A stretch of DNA of 64,000 nt from assembly GCA_028023455.1 (NCBI GenBank), contig JAQFVV010000008.1, positions 15,252,001 to 15,316,000 of the forward strand, given 5' to 3'. Position numbers and translations under genes: made by a program. Of this stretch, positions 1 to 13,561 are shown in pieces. This DNA comes from Epiperipatus broadwayi (lineage: Eukaryota > Animalia > Onychophora). How positions within the stretch are numbered: position 1 is the first letter of the stretch; each line of letters starts with the position of its first letter. Under the pieces are notes generated by a model. The model was not told the origin of the DNA, did not search any database, and worked only from the letters and a program-made list of their open reading frames with translations.

Positions 1-1221
1 CTATAATCAACAACCCATAAAACCACCTAAAAATAACCAACCAAATCTCATTACACACTTCAAAAGATGGGCTGAACCCAAATTCCTGGACTTAATCATT
101 AAAATTAATCTTTCCCACAAATTTTTCTTTATTACCGAAGAGTTTTATATTGACCTATATTGTTTATGCGTGAAGAGAAACCACAGACCATATTTCACTG
201 TCCAAGTTAAAATCTGAAAGATATAATCATAATCAATTCTTACATAAGATCAAATGATTTTCTCACTTGAAAAGCCATTAATAGTGAACTTTTCAATAAT
301 AGCCTCATCTTTGTCCTTTATTCCATATGAAGTGAGATAAAACCTCAGAATTCCCCCACAAATCATCCATTGTTTTCCGACTCTCAAAAAAACAAGAAAC
401 GGATCCCTTGCTCCAGTAAAGTCTTTGCTGTCTCTAACCGCTCTATCCTTTTCCTGATTGTCAACTCCCACCTACCCAGAATTCTAGAATGACAAATTAA
501 AAAGAAAATGTGTGTTATTAAAAAAAAAAAAAAAAGAAAAATATCGTCTCGTTTTATTTCTCACAAACCCTTCATTAACCTAACCACAAGGTATAACAAC
601 CTAACACATATTCTCCATGTTAACAGAACTTTTTATATTATTGACAATTTATTCTAACTTACCATTATCAAAAGAACCTTTTATTACTAAAAAATTTTTG
701 TTAAAAAATTATCAGCAGCAACAATATTTTTAAACATCTTGAATAACTTTAAGATGTTTTTACTAAAAATATTCATTTATAAACTATTATCTGAAATTAA
801 TTTACCATGTGTAAAGAACTTTAAAATTTCATTTAATAAAGACGTATTTATGATAGGTATATTTTATCAATCATTCTTATATCTATAAGAAAATAATCTT
901 TAACTTTATTGTATAATATTGCTTGAATAGACAATTATTTGTGCTGATAATAACAAAATATCCATTCTTTTTATGGTAACATAAATGGAATTTATTTATT
1001 GTGACTGTTTTTGCCCAAGAGGAAAGAAATACAGTTTCTTAGAGCCTGGGAAGATAAAATTATCTCACATTATTTGAAGAATGCATAATAAATGTTTTTA
1101 AAATATTTAAAATAAGTTACTTGCAGTATAAATGCAAATATAAAATAATTTAGTAAATGATATTATATTTGAATTGACTTTAAATAAGCTTTGCCTGTGT
1201 TATTAATTTTGTGAAAGCCTG

Positions 1222-1226
<5 letters not shown>

Positions 1227-1254
<28 letters not shown>
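1227..1254. repeat. (TC)n microsatellite
   Basis: Uninterrupted tctctc run of about 28 bp. Confidence 0.95.
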
Positions 1255-1258
<4 letters not shown>

Positions 1259-4200
1259 TGTTGCTATGAAAACCACCACTATAATTTTAAAATGTGATAT
1301 TTGAAAAGAAATATTTCTCCTGCTAAATTCTCTTTTATTACTGCTAATTAATATAATGCTCTTAAAAGATTAAGTATTGAATACTTAATTTTAATTATGA
1401 AGAAACATTTTATTGCAACTTAATAAATTTTTATCATTATTTAAACCCTTATTCAATGAATGGCCTTATTTTATAGTGTGCTAGCATAATTTATTTTGAA
1501 TTCTATTTAAAGATAACCATGAAGTGTTTTTATATTTTAGTTATATTATATTTGTACATTGGATATATTTGCTGTCTACAGAAATTTATTGCCTAATAAA
1601 CTTTCTGTTTCTGTTAATGGTTTAATGATCAAAGAATGGAAGAAATAGAACTTTATTTTATTTATTTTAAAGGGTAAATTGGTTAATATTTTATTTATGT
1701 TTAGGATTTTGCATACAAGGTTTTTATTTCAGTTACATATTATTTTATCTATTTTATATACTATTTTTAGAAATAATTTTTGGAGTAAAGTTCTCAGAAT
1801 ATCAGTGTATGATGTTTGCGTATTTTAAAATATGTTTTCTTTTTGTATATGAATTATTTATTTATAAAAGGTATATTGTTTTGCTGAATGCAGTATAAGT
1901 AGATGTATGTTTCTGTTATTTTATTTTATTGCTTTTTGAGCTATGTTTAGCATTAATTATTTATCATCTTTCACATCTGTTAGTTATAGTATTTTTTTGC
2001 TTAGAGATTGAAGCATTAGTCTCTCTTTATTTAGGAATGCTTACTTTGCCAGTATTGTTAGGAGTTATAGCTTAGGCTCTTTCACCAGTTTATTAAGATA
2101 TTTTGTATGAATTTCATTGATCTAGTTGTATTCAAAAAAAACATGATGCTTTATTAAGGCAACTCTATTTAATATTTCCCTCCTGATGTGTACTCTCATC
2201 ATTTCTTGACTAGTGACAAAGTCCTACAACATTTTATTATTTCTCTCAAAGATAGGTATATGCCATCATATATTTATTTGCTTTTTCTCAGTTATCTCAA
2301 TATGAATCTAGCTTGTTGTTCATAATGTGTTTTGTAATGCATGTGTAATACTTTACCATAGCTTTATTATGGCAGTTACATTGTTTTTATCAAGGTATTG
2401 AGAAATGTCACCTTTACCTCTTGTAGCATTATTGAGTTATTTAGATGTGAATTATATATTGTTGGTGTGTAGGTTCTGTATTTAAGCTTGCTGAATTAGG
2501 ACATAAATATGATAAATAATTAACTTCAAAATTTTAAATTGTATCTTAGACACAAATAGACAAAATATATCTCTCTTATCACTGTTTCATCACTAGTTTT
2601 GGCACACTTGTTTTTTTAAATAATGTTAAACATTTATAAAAGAGAGACTATCATTGGGTGAATACTTTAATATGTAAGAATTTAAAGTAATAGAAAGTTT
2701 ATTTTGACCTAATAGATAATTTTTACTTACTCAAATTTATTTTTTTATAAATTCATTTGTAATTTTAATTTGATATATTTTTGAAAGAAAGTATTTTTGT
2801 GAAAGCCCTTGGCTTTGTGGACTTAATGAATATATTATATTTGTGACTTGTTATTATGTGTTTGCTAGGAAATAAATATTTGTTTTTATTATTAAGAAAT
2901 TTCTTATAGTCATTTTTCCATATCAGAATGGATGATAAAAATATTATAAATTATGTTAAGAGTTTGTTGTAAGAATACATGAACATTGAAATTAATAGAA
3001 AATTCACTTTAGTGAATTATATTTATGTATTAAAATTACATTTAAGAAAAATGTATTTTGAAAAAATTATAATCACATATTATTATTCGAGTTCAGTTGA
3101 ATCAATTTAGTTTGCTTATTAAAAGATCATTGTGTTTATTTATTTAAAATTTATTTTCCATACATATTAAACCATATTTGTTATTCCATAATAAATTTAG
3201 ATTATGAAAGGAATTAGTTCAAATTTAGAAAATATTTAAATAAATTCATTCTATGGTATTTAGAATGGCTATACAATTTCTTACCCATTCTTAATATGTG
3301 AATGTCATCCTAGAAGATTATTATTTGTCTTATTTTAAATTCATGTTGTATTTTATTTTAAATTAATAATAATATTATTATTATTATAATTGTGATAAGA
3401 CATTAACTTAGGAGTAAGTGTATGTTTTACTTATTTACTTGAATTTCATTCTATGTTGAATAGATCTTAATAATTAGAGAAATTATTTTATGATTAAAAT
3501 CATTCATACTACTCTGAGATACACTAATTTATTTTTACAAACCATCTTATTTAAAGATTATTTTGCTAAAGAAAAAGTTATTCAAAGATGATAATCTTTA
3601 GTGGCAAAGATTTGAGAAAACAGTTTCAAATTTTATAAAATTAAATATAATGTTTCATCTGGTCATAGCAATGAGATACTTAAGAGATGGATAAGAAATA
3701 TGGTAGTGGTAGTATATGTTTGTAAAATAATTTTTAATGTAACCTCAATGGCATATGCTTGCAATGCCACCAATAGTCTTGTTTGTATTTCCACTATAGC
3801 AAGTCAAGAGTTCTCCTCTTAAATTATTAATAATATTGCTTAATATTTTAATTATATTTTATAGTAATTGCTTGTGGCATATGGCATTTTTCCTAAACCT
3901 GCTGAGCTTGGCTTATGCAATTTTTTTTTATTAACCGCAATTTATAGTTTACAATTCGATTTGCCCAATGTTTTGGTCTTCGATTGGCTGGAAGTATTGA
4001 TCAATTGTCCTGAATAAGCATTGGGACTATTTTATCAGTTTGTTTTTCTCATTCACTGTTTGTTTTTGTTTTCAGGTTACTATATATATATAATATAAAG
4101 TTAGACTGGTTCTTCAATGTATTTGAATCAACGTTTTCTGATGAAGATACGGGTCATTCTAATAGTTCCACTCAACTAAGCAAACTTTAGGTATTTTTGA

Positions 4201-6061
4201 TTTTCTGTAAATCAGCTATTCTATCATTGGGCAAAACTATTTTCACACTGATCAAATGTGAGTTATAGAAACTTTTTTATTATTATAAATGAATGGGGGA
4301 GAAGAAAAAAAAGATGCAATGTATATGTATATAAACACTTCGATATATATATGTAATTACAACTGGATATTATTTTTATAAATAGATAAATTTTTGATTC
4401 CGCTTTTGCTAAGGGATTAAAAATAATGTATGAAAGCATAAAGTATTTTTTAACAAAAAAAAAGGTAGGAGAAGCTTGAGGGCTATTTGCCTGTCCTTCT
4501 GTAGGAGATTCAGCACACTAACTTGATATTAATAGTCACATCTTATAATCAAGATTATGAAATATCGTCACAGAGATTAATGGAAAATGTAATGCAATAA
4601 TATTAAAAGTTTATTTGCCTTGGAGACCATCTGGATGAAGATGCTAATTAATAATTTATCATAAGTAATTATTTTTCTAATGAAGATTTGTTAATTGCTT
4701 ATATTGAGAAAAAAATTACAAAATTTTATATAAAAAAATTAATGAGGCATTTTTAATTTTTTTACCATCTGTTATACTCTCACTGATGAGTGACAATTAA
4801 ATCATTCCGTTATTTGTGCAATGTGTGCGTGTGTGCGCGTGTATGTAAAATGACTGTAAACTGTTCATGTTAAAAGTTCAAATTAAAAATTTATTATTTG
4901 ATGTCTTAATTTTTCTAATCATAAAGCAAATTCTATGAATTTTATGGTGATTCTTAGCTGTATAGTAAAGTTTCATACTTTTCAATTAGATCATGCTTAT
5001 TTAAAGTAATGGTTTACCAGTGAAACTATTCACAAAATAATTTATCAATTATTGTGTCTGACTTTATAAGTTGTTTTGCTTTATTATTCAATGACAATGT
5101 GATATGCCTCAATACGTGTTCTGTTATAAGTTTTCATACATCACAATCAGAATTTTCTTATTTTAGCATACCATCTTTATTTCTGAACTATTTATAATAG
5201 AGCAATATATTTCTGATGTTTTTCTAATGCAAAATTATAAAAGTATATACTATGTTTATATCTTATTGTCATATATTCCAAACTATAATAAAGTGATACA
5301 CAGATCCAAAATATCTTACTATCCAAAACCTCTAAGTCAATTAAAGAAATAGTAAGTTTCAATCTTAATTAGAGAAAAAAGTTGCATGATGTATTTAATG
5401 TTTTGATAAAGAATCAGACTATAGCAAAACAAAATAATATTATTAACTTTAAAAAAGTAATTTCATCTCTTTACCAATAATTTCGTCTTCAGAAATTATT
5501 ACATATTTGAGGTAGTACTTTCCTCATGCAGTGGACAATTTTAAATTTATCTAAGTTAAGTGACTTAACTAAATAATAAATTTTAAAATTATATTAATGC
5601 TTCTATGCACTGAATGAAAAAAAAAATATTATCAAACTTTTAAAATGTTTCAGTAAAAGTATTAATAAACAGAAAACATGAATGACTGAAAGTTATAAAT
5701 GGAAGAATGTGCAATTATGAGAATTATTTCAAATGCCACTTATCAATATGAACTTTGAAATATTTATGTTTTATCTAAAATTTAGTTTAGTATTATTTTA
5801 CCAGTCTTATGTTCATATGAATACAGTGTTCCTTTTTTTTAGTGTGGAGTTTAATAACTATTATTTATAAGAGAGACATATGAGCACGTTTTATTTGATT
5901 GTATTTTTTTTATTAAATCTAGCATAATAAAAACTTGTTATTCATAATACTTAATTTTTAAGAAATTTTGAGAAGTCAATATCATAATAAATGCAGTTTA
6001 ATATTTTATAATAATTTTAAGGCAATATGTAACTTACTTATACTAAATGTTTCTTATATAT

Positions 6062-6375
6062 GTAATTAAAGAAATTTGAACTCAGGATTTTTCAATCTAT
6101 TTATCCTTTCTCCATCTCATGCAACTGATACACATGACCACACATGTGTGAAAAAAATACATGATCCCCAATATATTTATTTTAAGCAGAATCAGCACTC
6201 ATCAGTTGGACCAGATCATTATCTCCTGCACATATATATAATCAGTTGCTAAATTTATATTAAGATAGCAATTCCTCAAACTTTAATGGACAGGCTTCAG
6301 TCTCCTCACCCTTCCAACTATTCACCATCCATTTAATTGAAAAACCAACGATGGAAAGCTCAAATCTCTTAATGA
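6062..6375 (-). mobile_element. Family A hammerhead-bearing non-autonomous element, decayed copy
   Basis: Reverse complement reads gatctggtccaa-CTGATGA-GTGCTGATTCTGCTT-AAAA...TATTGGGGATCAT and aligns by eye along its length with the copies at 14.8, 41.3 and 61.4 kb. Confidence 0.8.
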
Positions 6376-6769
6376 ATTTGATACTGTAATCATATCCATG
6401 TAGATATTACATCATTCCAATCCCTCATATTTTTTATAATAAATTTCCTTCCAAATCACTTTGAAAATATATAAGCAATTAAGCAAAAAATTATTGAATT
6501 AGTAATTCTGAAACATTTAATTAGTACTTTATTATTAAAATAAAATGAATTTAAGCTATCACATAGTATCAGATTTAATGCTTGGACCTATTAATAGAAT
6601 AACAGTGTAGAGAGTTCAGATCTATAGTAAAAATTGAAAGATATATATTGGAATAAACAAGAAGAATATCAAAATTGAATTACATAGGAGAGGAAACAAG
6701 CATGCATTATTGACATTATTAAGACATTAAAAGATTGGGATGGGATTGGACTAGTTATGTCATTAAAAA

Positions 6770-6955
6770 TGTTGGCAAAAGGTGGAAACTTGAAGGCTTA
6801 ATCTAGATACTAAGATATTGTAAAGATCTGGAAAGAGACCACATGGGAGATGGTTGGAGAAATGAGATAAAAGCTGCTGTAATAATGTGGAAAAGCTATC
6901 AAATAGAGAAAGTGGATTAAATTTGGAATTTTGCAGTGGATTAATAATGGTTGAA
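6770..6955 (+). mobile_element. Degenerate RTE LINE 3' end remnant
   Basis: gagaccacatgggagatgg...gcagtggattaataatggttga matches the 3' terminus of the RTE copy at 24990-25125. Confidence 0.6.
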
Positions 6956-7327
6956 AATAACAATTTCGCAATCAAGATAAATGATTTTTTTGTCCTAACC
7001 CAGTATCATTTTCTTTTTGTAAATTCTATACAAATATTCAAGTTGATATGTCCACTCCATTTATAAACTAATATTTGATTATGTGACAATGTAACTACAA
7101 TCATACCCTTAACTAACTTTTTAATGTGCATTAATCTATGCTTTTGTATAAATATTATTTATACTATATCTATATATATAGCTTAATAATACTTTTATTT
7201 ACAAATGGAAAAAAACATATTTGAAAATACCAAACTCTTTGCGTTTTTTATGTTTATTTTAATAATAAATTATCAAATTATTTTATCTGTTTTGAATAGC
7301 TATCATCAATCTATATTGATAAATAAT

Positions 7328-8101
7328 TAAGTGTAATAATGCTCAAGGCTAAATAAGTTATAAGTAATCACTAAAATCAGCCAACACTTAGACAATCCCA
7401 ATATCAATAACAATCAACAAAATCAAGAAAATCCTCTTTATTTATGATTCAATATATTTATATAGACACTGAAGATTGCAACTTGACCCCAGATATTGAA
7501 ATTATTGATACAAAAAAGGTTAAATAAACCTCATTAAACAGATAATTAAAACTTATTCTGAATTCAGAATAACAAATAGTCAATTATAACATTAAAAACT
7601 GCTATTATAATTTTCAAATTACACCCAAAGTATTAAATAATAAGTGTAATAATGCTTAAGGCTAGACAATCGCATATCAATGACAATCAACACTCAACTT
7701 GTTGTCAAGGCAACCTCCTTTTAACAGTAAAGATGAAATCCCACATTTATGGTTCAATATATTTATATAAACACTAAAGATCACAACTTGATCACAGAGA
7801 TTGAAATTATTGATACAAAGAAGTTTAAATAAACCTCCTTAAAGAGGTAAATATAACTTGTTCTGAATGCAGACTAATAAACAGTCAATTATAACATTAA
7901 AACTGCTATTATAATTTTGTACCCAAAGAATTACTTAACTAATAAGTGTAATAATGCTCAAGGCTAGACAACCCAATAACAATCAACAATCTCGACCTGT
8001 GGTCAAAGCAACCTTCTTTTAACAATAATAGTAGTTGCCTTGAGATTGTTGATTATTATTGATAATAGGGTTGTCTAAGTGTTAACTGATTTTAATGATT
8101 A
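7328..8101. repeat. Tandem array of about 305-bp units (2 full + 1 partial) ending in an inverted copy of the unit's 5' part
   Basis: Units start taagtgtaataatgct at 7328, 7641 and 7943. Region ~8035-8101 is the reverse complement of ~7365-7430. Confidence 0.85.
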
Positions 8102-8177
8102 ATAAATAATTATATAATACATAAATTTGTCTTATTGGGATGCATTTTTTAGGTTGTATGTATTCACAACAGTGATC

Positions 8178-8332
8178 TTTTTTTTTTTAGTGTCATAGCA
8201 TCGGCCGGGACGCAAACCCACAACCCAGGCAACTGCCTGCAAGTGCAAGGCAGTCGCGCTGACCTCTTGACCACCAATGCAAGACAAACAGTGCTGAAAC
8301 CTGCTGACCTCTCGACCACCAATGCAAGACAA
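8178..8332 (-). mobile_element. tRNA-Gly-derived SINE/retro-tRNA with A tail and target-site duplication
   Basis: Reverse complement of 8198-8280 is GCATTGGTGGT...CTGCCTTGCA...GCAGTTG...TCCCGGCCGATGC, with a 7-bp acceptor stem and a tRNA-Gly(TCC)-like body. A11 tail at 8178-8188. aacagtgatctttt is repeated at 8168-8181 and 8333-8346. Confidence 0.8.
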
Positions 8333-9199
8333 AACAGTGATCTTTTGATTAATACTTTAAAGAATAATTATTTCTTTTACTGCAGAAATTATTATATTTT
8401 ATACAACTCCTGTTATAGACTTTAAATTTTAATAAAGTTCAAATATATCAATATTTTTATTTTTACATAGACATTGAAAAACTCCATCTTTTTAATGTTT
8501 TATCCTTTCTATTCCTGCTTTTCTATCTTACATTTTTAGAATTTTACAATTAACATATACTCTCCTGTATTTCAAATATATGTCTTAGGTATTGGAAAAA
8601 CTATATTAATAGTTCTTAGAATGCAATTTAGCTAACCAAATATCATTAAGTAGGCCAAGTTTTATATGGTCATCAAAATGTCACATATCAGTGCTTTATT
8701 GTTACTTATTAGTCAAGGATTATTGTCTTGAAATTAATTTTATAAACCATTAGCATATTTTTCTCAGAGTTTACAGCCAAATATTGTCATATGTTTGAAG
8801 TACAAAAAAACGTACATTAGTTTTGAAATTCTATAAATATTTCAACCATTATTGATTTACTACAGAATATCTTTTCAAGTTTAATCCAGATTTCCTGATG
8901 TACAGCTTCTTCACATCACATTAACAAGCTTTATTTTATCTATCTATCTCACATGATCTTTTTCTAGGTTTTTTACAATTTTGTGAGATACTATTTAAAA
9001 CTTCAACTATCCATTTATTATTATTTCTTTTAGCAATATGTTTGGCCCAGTTACTTCTTTCCATTTCTTAATTCCTTTAATGATATCTATAATATCTATC
9101 TGTTTTTTTAGCTATGTATTTTAATTTGATTTCATGCAAATCATATATATATATAACCAAAACTGCCTAACACTATTCTAGCAAAAATAAAAATTCAAA

Positions 9200-10275
9200 A
9201 CCATAAAACAATACAATACTAGATTAAATCCAAAATTTTACTAAAATCCTTACACAACTATGGTTTCATTTACTACAAATAGACCTTCTCAAGTGAAAGT
9301 CAAACTAAAGGAAATAACATATATATACAAACAAACAAACCTTCCCATAATTCATTTCAAACTCCACCTTCCCTTAATATCAAAAGAAGTCTTCATAAGA
9401 TTGATAGCTTCAGAATCAAGAAGTTTTATCATCAAAGTCTCCTTTATTCTTCTTTTTAACTCATTCTTTTCATAAAAAATAACCGAAGCATTGTTAAACA
9501 ATATTCTACGACCTGTATTCAATTCATGAATATATAAAGCTGAGTTAAGATACCTATGTTTAATTCTAATTATATGAACCTTAATCCTTTCATTAAGACT
9601 AAAGTTACTCTGGCCTACATAAAACTTACCACAACCACATGGAATCTTATAAATAATATCAGGAATAGACCTACTATCAATAGACTATTTTGAACCATTA
9701 AGTAACCAATTCAAATCAGAACCTTTCTTCCATGCAACCTTCATTCCACCTAACAAATGACTATTCTTATAAACCAAATTATATATTGAGTCTTTAAATG
9801 GTAAAGACATATACTCATTATCCTTACCATAAAAATCATGACTATAAACATTATTATTAAATACATTTTTAATAAAATCATGACTATAACCTAATTCTAC
9901 ATATTCAGCAGCAAATTGACTTCTTTGAATTTCAGCATTATCATTAAAATTATTAAGCCTTCTATTCCCACAACAAAAATTCAACAAAGACATTTTTTAT
10001 GCATAAAAGGCTAATAACTATCAGTCCTAATCATATTTCTCAAATTATTAGGTTTTATAAAATGACTACAGAACAAAACATCATTAACCTTCTCAACATT
10101 TAAATCTAAAAAAAAATTAATTTTACAAAATCAAAACTACCCCCCTCAATTGTTAACTTAATACTAGAATCAAAAGCATTCAATCCACATAAAAACTCTT
10201 CTAATTTCTCTTTCTGAATAACAAACAAACAATCATCAACATACCTAACAAATAAGTTTCTGGTACAATGTATTG
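9200..10275 (-). mobile_element. Penelope-like element 1, 5'-truncated pseudogene (RT C-terminal part + GIY-YIG endonuclease)
   Basis: Manual minus-strand translation gives RYVDDCLFVIQKEKLEEFLCGLNAFDSSIKLTIE (~10250-10140), an FLDL motif after a frameshift, ORF 9685-9993, and after a premature stop IIYKIPCGCGKFYVGQS...RIKVH...SALYIH...RRIKETLMIK (9684-9352). Confidence 0.9.
9253..9296 (-). ncRNA. Degenerate minimal hammerhead in the 3' pLTR region of PLE1
   Basis: Reverse complement cac-TTGAGAA-GGTCTATTTGTAG...-GAAAC-CATA-GTT-gtg: residual stem II hairpin, AC/GT stem III and cac/gtg stem I, about 60 nt after the GIY-YIG stop. The core is damaged. Confidence 0.4.
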
Positions 10276-10279
10276 AATA

Positions 10280-13010
10280 TATTTAGGTACTTACAACTGC
10301 AGATCGCTTTCAAGTGAAGGGAGATTGCAAGAGTTAGAAGAAGAACTGTCTTATATTAAATGGGACATTATTGGACTTTGTGAAGTAAGAAGAAAAGGTG
10401 AAGAAACAATTTATTTTAAAAGTGGACATATACTCTACTATAAAGGCACAAATATTGGAAATACAGGTGGAGTAGGATTCATTATAAATAAAAAATGGAA
10501 AAATAACATTGTGGAGATTGGTGGTGTATCAGATAGAGTGGCAACATTAGTTTTACAACTTAATAGCTAAATGCAGATAATTCAGGTTTATGCCCCAACA
10601 AGTTAGTAGAAGATTTTTATATGGATGTACAAAAGGCTTTTGATCAGAGTAAACAACATTTCAAAATTGTTATGGGAGACTTTAATGGTAAACAAATGAA
10701 AGATGAAAATGCTGTAGGTAATTTTGGTTATGGTAATAGAAATGAGAGAGGACATAGACTTGTGGAGTTTGCAGAAAAAGAAAAACTTTATATTATGAAT
10801 TTTTTTTTTTTTTTTGAAAAAAATGTTAAAAGGAAATGGACATGGAAGCATCCAAATGAAGGTACAGCAGAATTGGATTATATTTTGACTAACAGAAAAT
10901 ATATATTTCAAGATTGTAATGTTCTTAATAAATTTAACACTGGAAGTGATCATCGATTAGTAAGATGTATAATACATGTTAATGTAAAACTAGAGAGACA
11001 AAAATTATTAAGAAAAACAATATTTACAGTTGATATTCCTAATCTTCAGAAACATTCTAATGAATTTAAATTAGAACTTACAAATCGGTTTCAAGATTTG
11101 AATGACATTAATAGGAAAATAACTGATACACTTTTAAAAACTGCAACAAAGATAGCTGGTAGAAAAAAGCAGCAATTGACCATTAAAATTTCTACTGAGA
11201 CTAGAGAATTTATGAAGAAAAGAAGGAATATGAGGATATACAACAATGATGCATTAAAAAAGATTGAATATCTCGAATTTTGTAAAATGGTGCGGAAAAG
11301 AGTTGAAAATGATATAAGAAAGTATAATTGTGAACTAGTAAGGAAAGCTGTAGAAGAGAATAAAAGCCTAAAGAGTGTAAAACAACATTTTGGTATTGGT
11401 AAAAAATTTATATCTGCAATAAGAAAAAAGATGGCATTATTACTAACAAGAGAGATGACATCATAAAATGTGTAGAATACTTCTATCAAGAATTATATAG
11501 TAATAAAGAATAAGTGCCTCCTATACCTATTATATCTTCCGAATTGCCCAAAATTTTGAATGAGGAAGTGAGACATGCAATTAAATGTATGAAGAAAGGA
11601 AAGGCTCCAGGTAATGATGGAATTATAATTGATATATTAAAAGAAGCAGGTGAAGAAATAAAAATTTTTTTAGCAAAGTTATATACCAAATGTCTAAATG
11701 ATAAAGATGTACCAGATGATTGGAAGAATGCAATATTAATATTAATATTTAAAAAAGGTGATAAAGAAGATATTAGAAATTACAGACCTATCAGTCTTTT
11801 ATCAGTTTTATACAAAATTTTTACTAAGATAATTACAACTTGTCTACAGAAAACACTGGATTTCCATCAACCAAGAGAACAAGCTGGATTTAAAAGTGGT
11901 TTTAGTACAGTAGATCATATTCAGGTATTGAGAGAAGTTATAGAAAGGACAAATGAATAGAAGTTGCCATTATGCTTAGGATTTGTAGATTATGAAAAGG
12001 CATTTGATTCTATAAACATTTCTTCCAGTGATTAAAGCATTGGATCATCAAGGTGTAGATCCAGGATATTGTCATATTTTAAAGAATATTTATAAACATG
12101 CAGCAGCAGCAATTAGATTACATAATGATAGTAGGAAAATCAACATTGAAAAGGGTGTAAGACAGGGTGACTCCATATCTTCAAAAATTTTTACAGCAGT
12201 GCTGCAAGAAATATTTTGTGGATTAAAATGGGAAGCTAGAGGAGTGAAAGTAAATGGAGATTATTTAAGTCATTTAGATTTTGCAGATGATGTAGTTGTT
12301 TTTGCAAATCATGCTTTAGAGCTACAGGAAATGTTGCAGGAGTTATCAGATGAAAGTAGGACTAAAGATAAATGTTAAAAAGACTAAAGTAATGTTTAAT
12401 AGATTTTCTCAAAATATGAAAATAAAGATTGATTATGATGAGTTAGAAGAAGTTAACAGTCATAAATATCTTGGTCAGATTATTAATACAGATGGAAACA
12501 TAATGGCTGAAATTAATCATAGAATTAAACTTGGAGTGCTTTTTGCAGAAATAACTTGATACTAAAAGGAAATATGCCTGTGTGTTTGAAAAGGAAGGTT
12601 TTTAATAAATGTGTTTTGCCAGTTCTTACTTATGGATCTGAGACTTGGACACTTAATAGAAGAGCAATACAGAGACTTCAGACCACTCAAAGAAGTATGG
12701 AGAGATGCATGTTGGGAGGAACAAGAAGAGATCGAAAACACAATATATGGGTAAGAGAACAAACAGGTGTTACTGACCTCATTGAAAAAATTAAAAGACT
12801 GAAGTGGAGTTGGGCTAGACATACTGCTAGAAGAGATGATAATAGATGGACATTTGAAATTTTGAACTGGATTCCCAGAGATTGTAAAAGACCCAGAAAG
12901 AGACCATATGTGAGATGGATGGATGAAATAAGAAAGTGTGCAGGGGTGATATGGAGAAGAGAAGCTAAAGATAGGAAGAGATGGATTGAACTTGGAGAGA
13001 CCTTCATCCT
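10280..13010 (+). mobile_element. RTE-clade LINE copy 1 (APE endonuclease + RT), truncated at both ends, many stops and frameshifts
   Basis: ORF fragments contain APE motifs (WDIIGLCEVRR, VMGDFN, LDYIL, GSDHRLV) and RT motifs (YRPISLL, EQAGF, GVRQGDSIS, FADD). It ends at ccttcatcct without the (TGA)n tail. Confidence 0.97.
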
Positions 13011-13561
13011 TAGTTTTCTTAGTACTTAAAATATAGCTCTTTATTAAAATAATTAAATTTTCTCTTTAGTAAGTCTATAAAGTTTGTGAACACATTAAAC
13101 CTTGTTTTGATAACTTTGATAATTGGATTTTGTCATGGTGACACTAGCACTTCTAACTAACCACAGACTTTTTTTATTTAGCTTCCTATCAATTTAATGT
13201 CTTTAATATTTCACAGCACACTTGGGTTGAATCAGCAATGTTTGTCAATATTTTCCAGTCTTTAAATTATTTATCTGACTGTTGAAATAAATTTGATGGC
13301 AACTTTTAACTCTTCAGGCTAATAAATTATAGATCAAATTAGTTGATGTTAACATTTATTTTGTTGACAGCTTCTCAAGTAAATAGGTTTACAATTTAGT
13401 TATTCATATCATAATAGAGATAGGCAATGTGATGAGCTTCATATAGATTCTTCAGAGATTTTTTAAATGACTTTCCTCTGGCATTGTTCTTCATCTCTTC
13501 AGATTGCATTATTGAAAGACTTCCAATACAAATACTAGATTTCCTATTCATTGCTAGTAAT

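Noticed and set aside
1-471. ORF 250-471 (minus) and a plus-strand KFLDLII motif suggesting a PLE RT remnant
   Set aside because: The ORF has no recognisable motifs, and a single FLDL-like match without YxDD or GIY-YIG context is too weak.
4078-4190. Possible host exon (ttttcag...gtattt) containing CTGATGAAGA
   Set aside because: The only open frame ends in a stop at the putative donor, has no recognisable homology, and no GAAA partner exists for a ribozyme.
4770-4815. CTGATGAGTGAC hammerhead-like start
   Set aside because: No GAAA after a stem II and no stem I or III. Only a local tcact/agtga hairpin.
10799-10816. Long T run inside RTE copy 1 relative to copy 2
   Set aside because: Homopolymer slippage or sequencing error, not an informative feature.
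10603-13007. Minus-strand ORFs overlapping the RTE copies (also at 22.6-25.2 and 36.4-38.0 kb)
   Set aside because: Antisense shadows of the A-rich RTE coding strand, with hydrophobic low-information translations.
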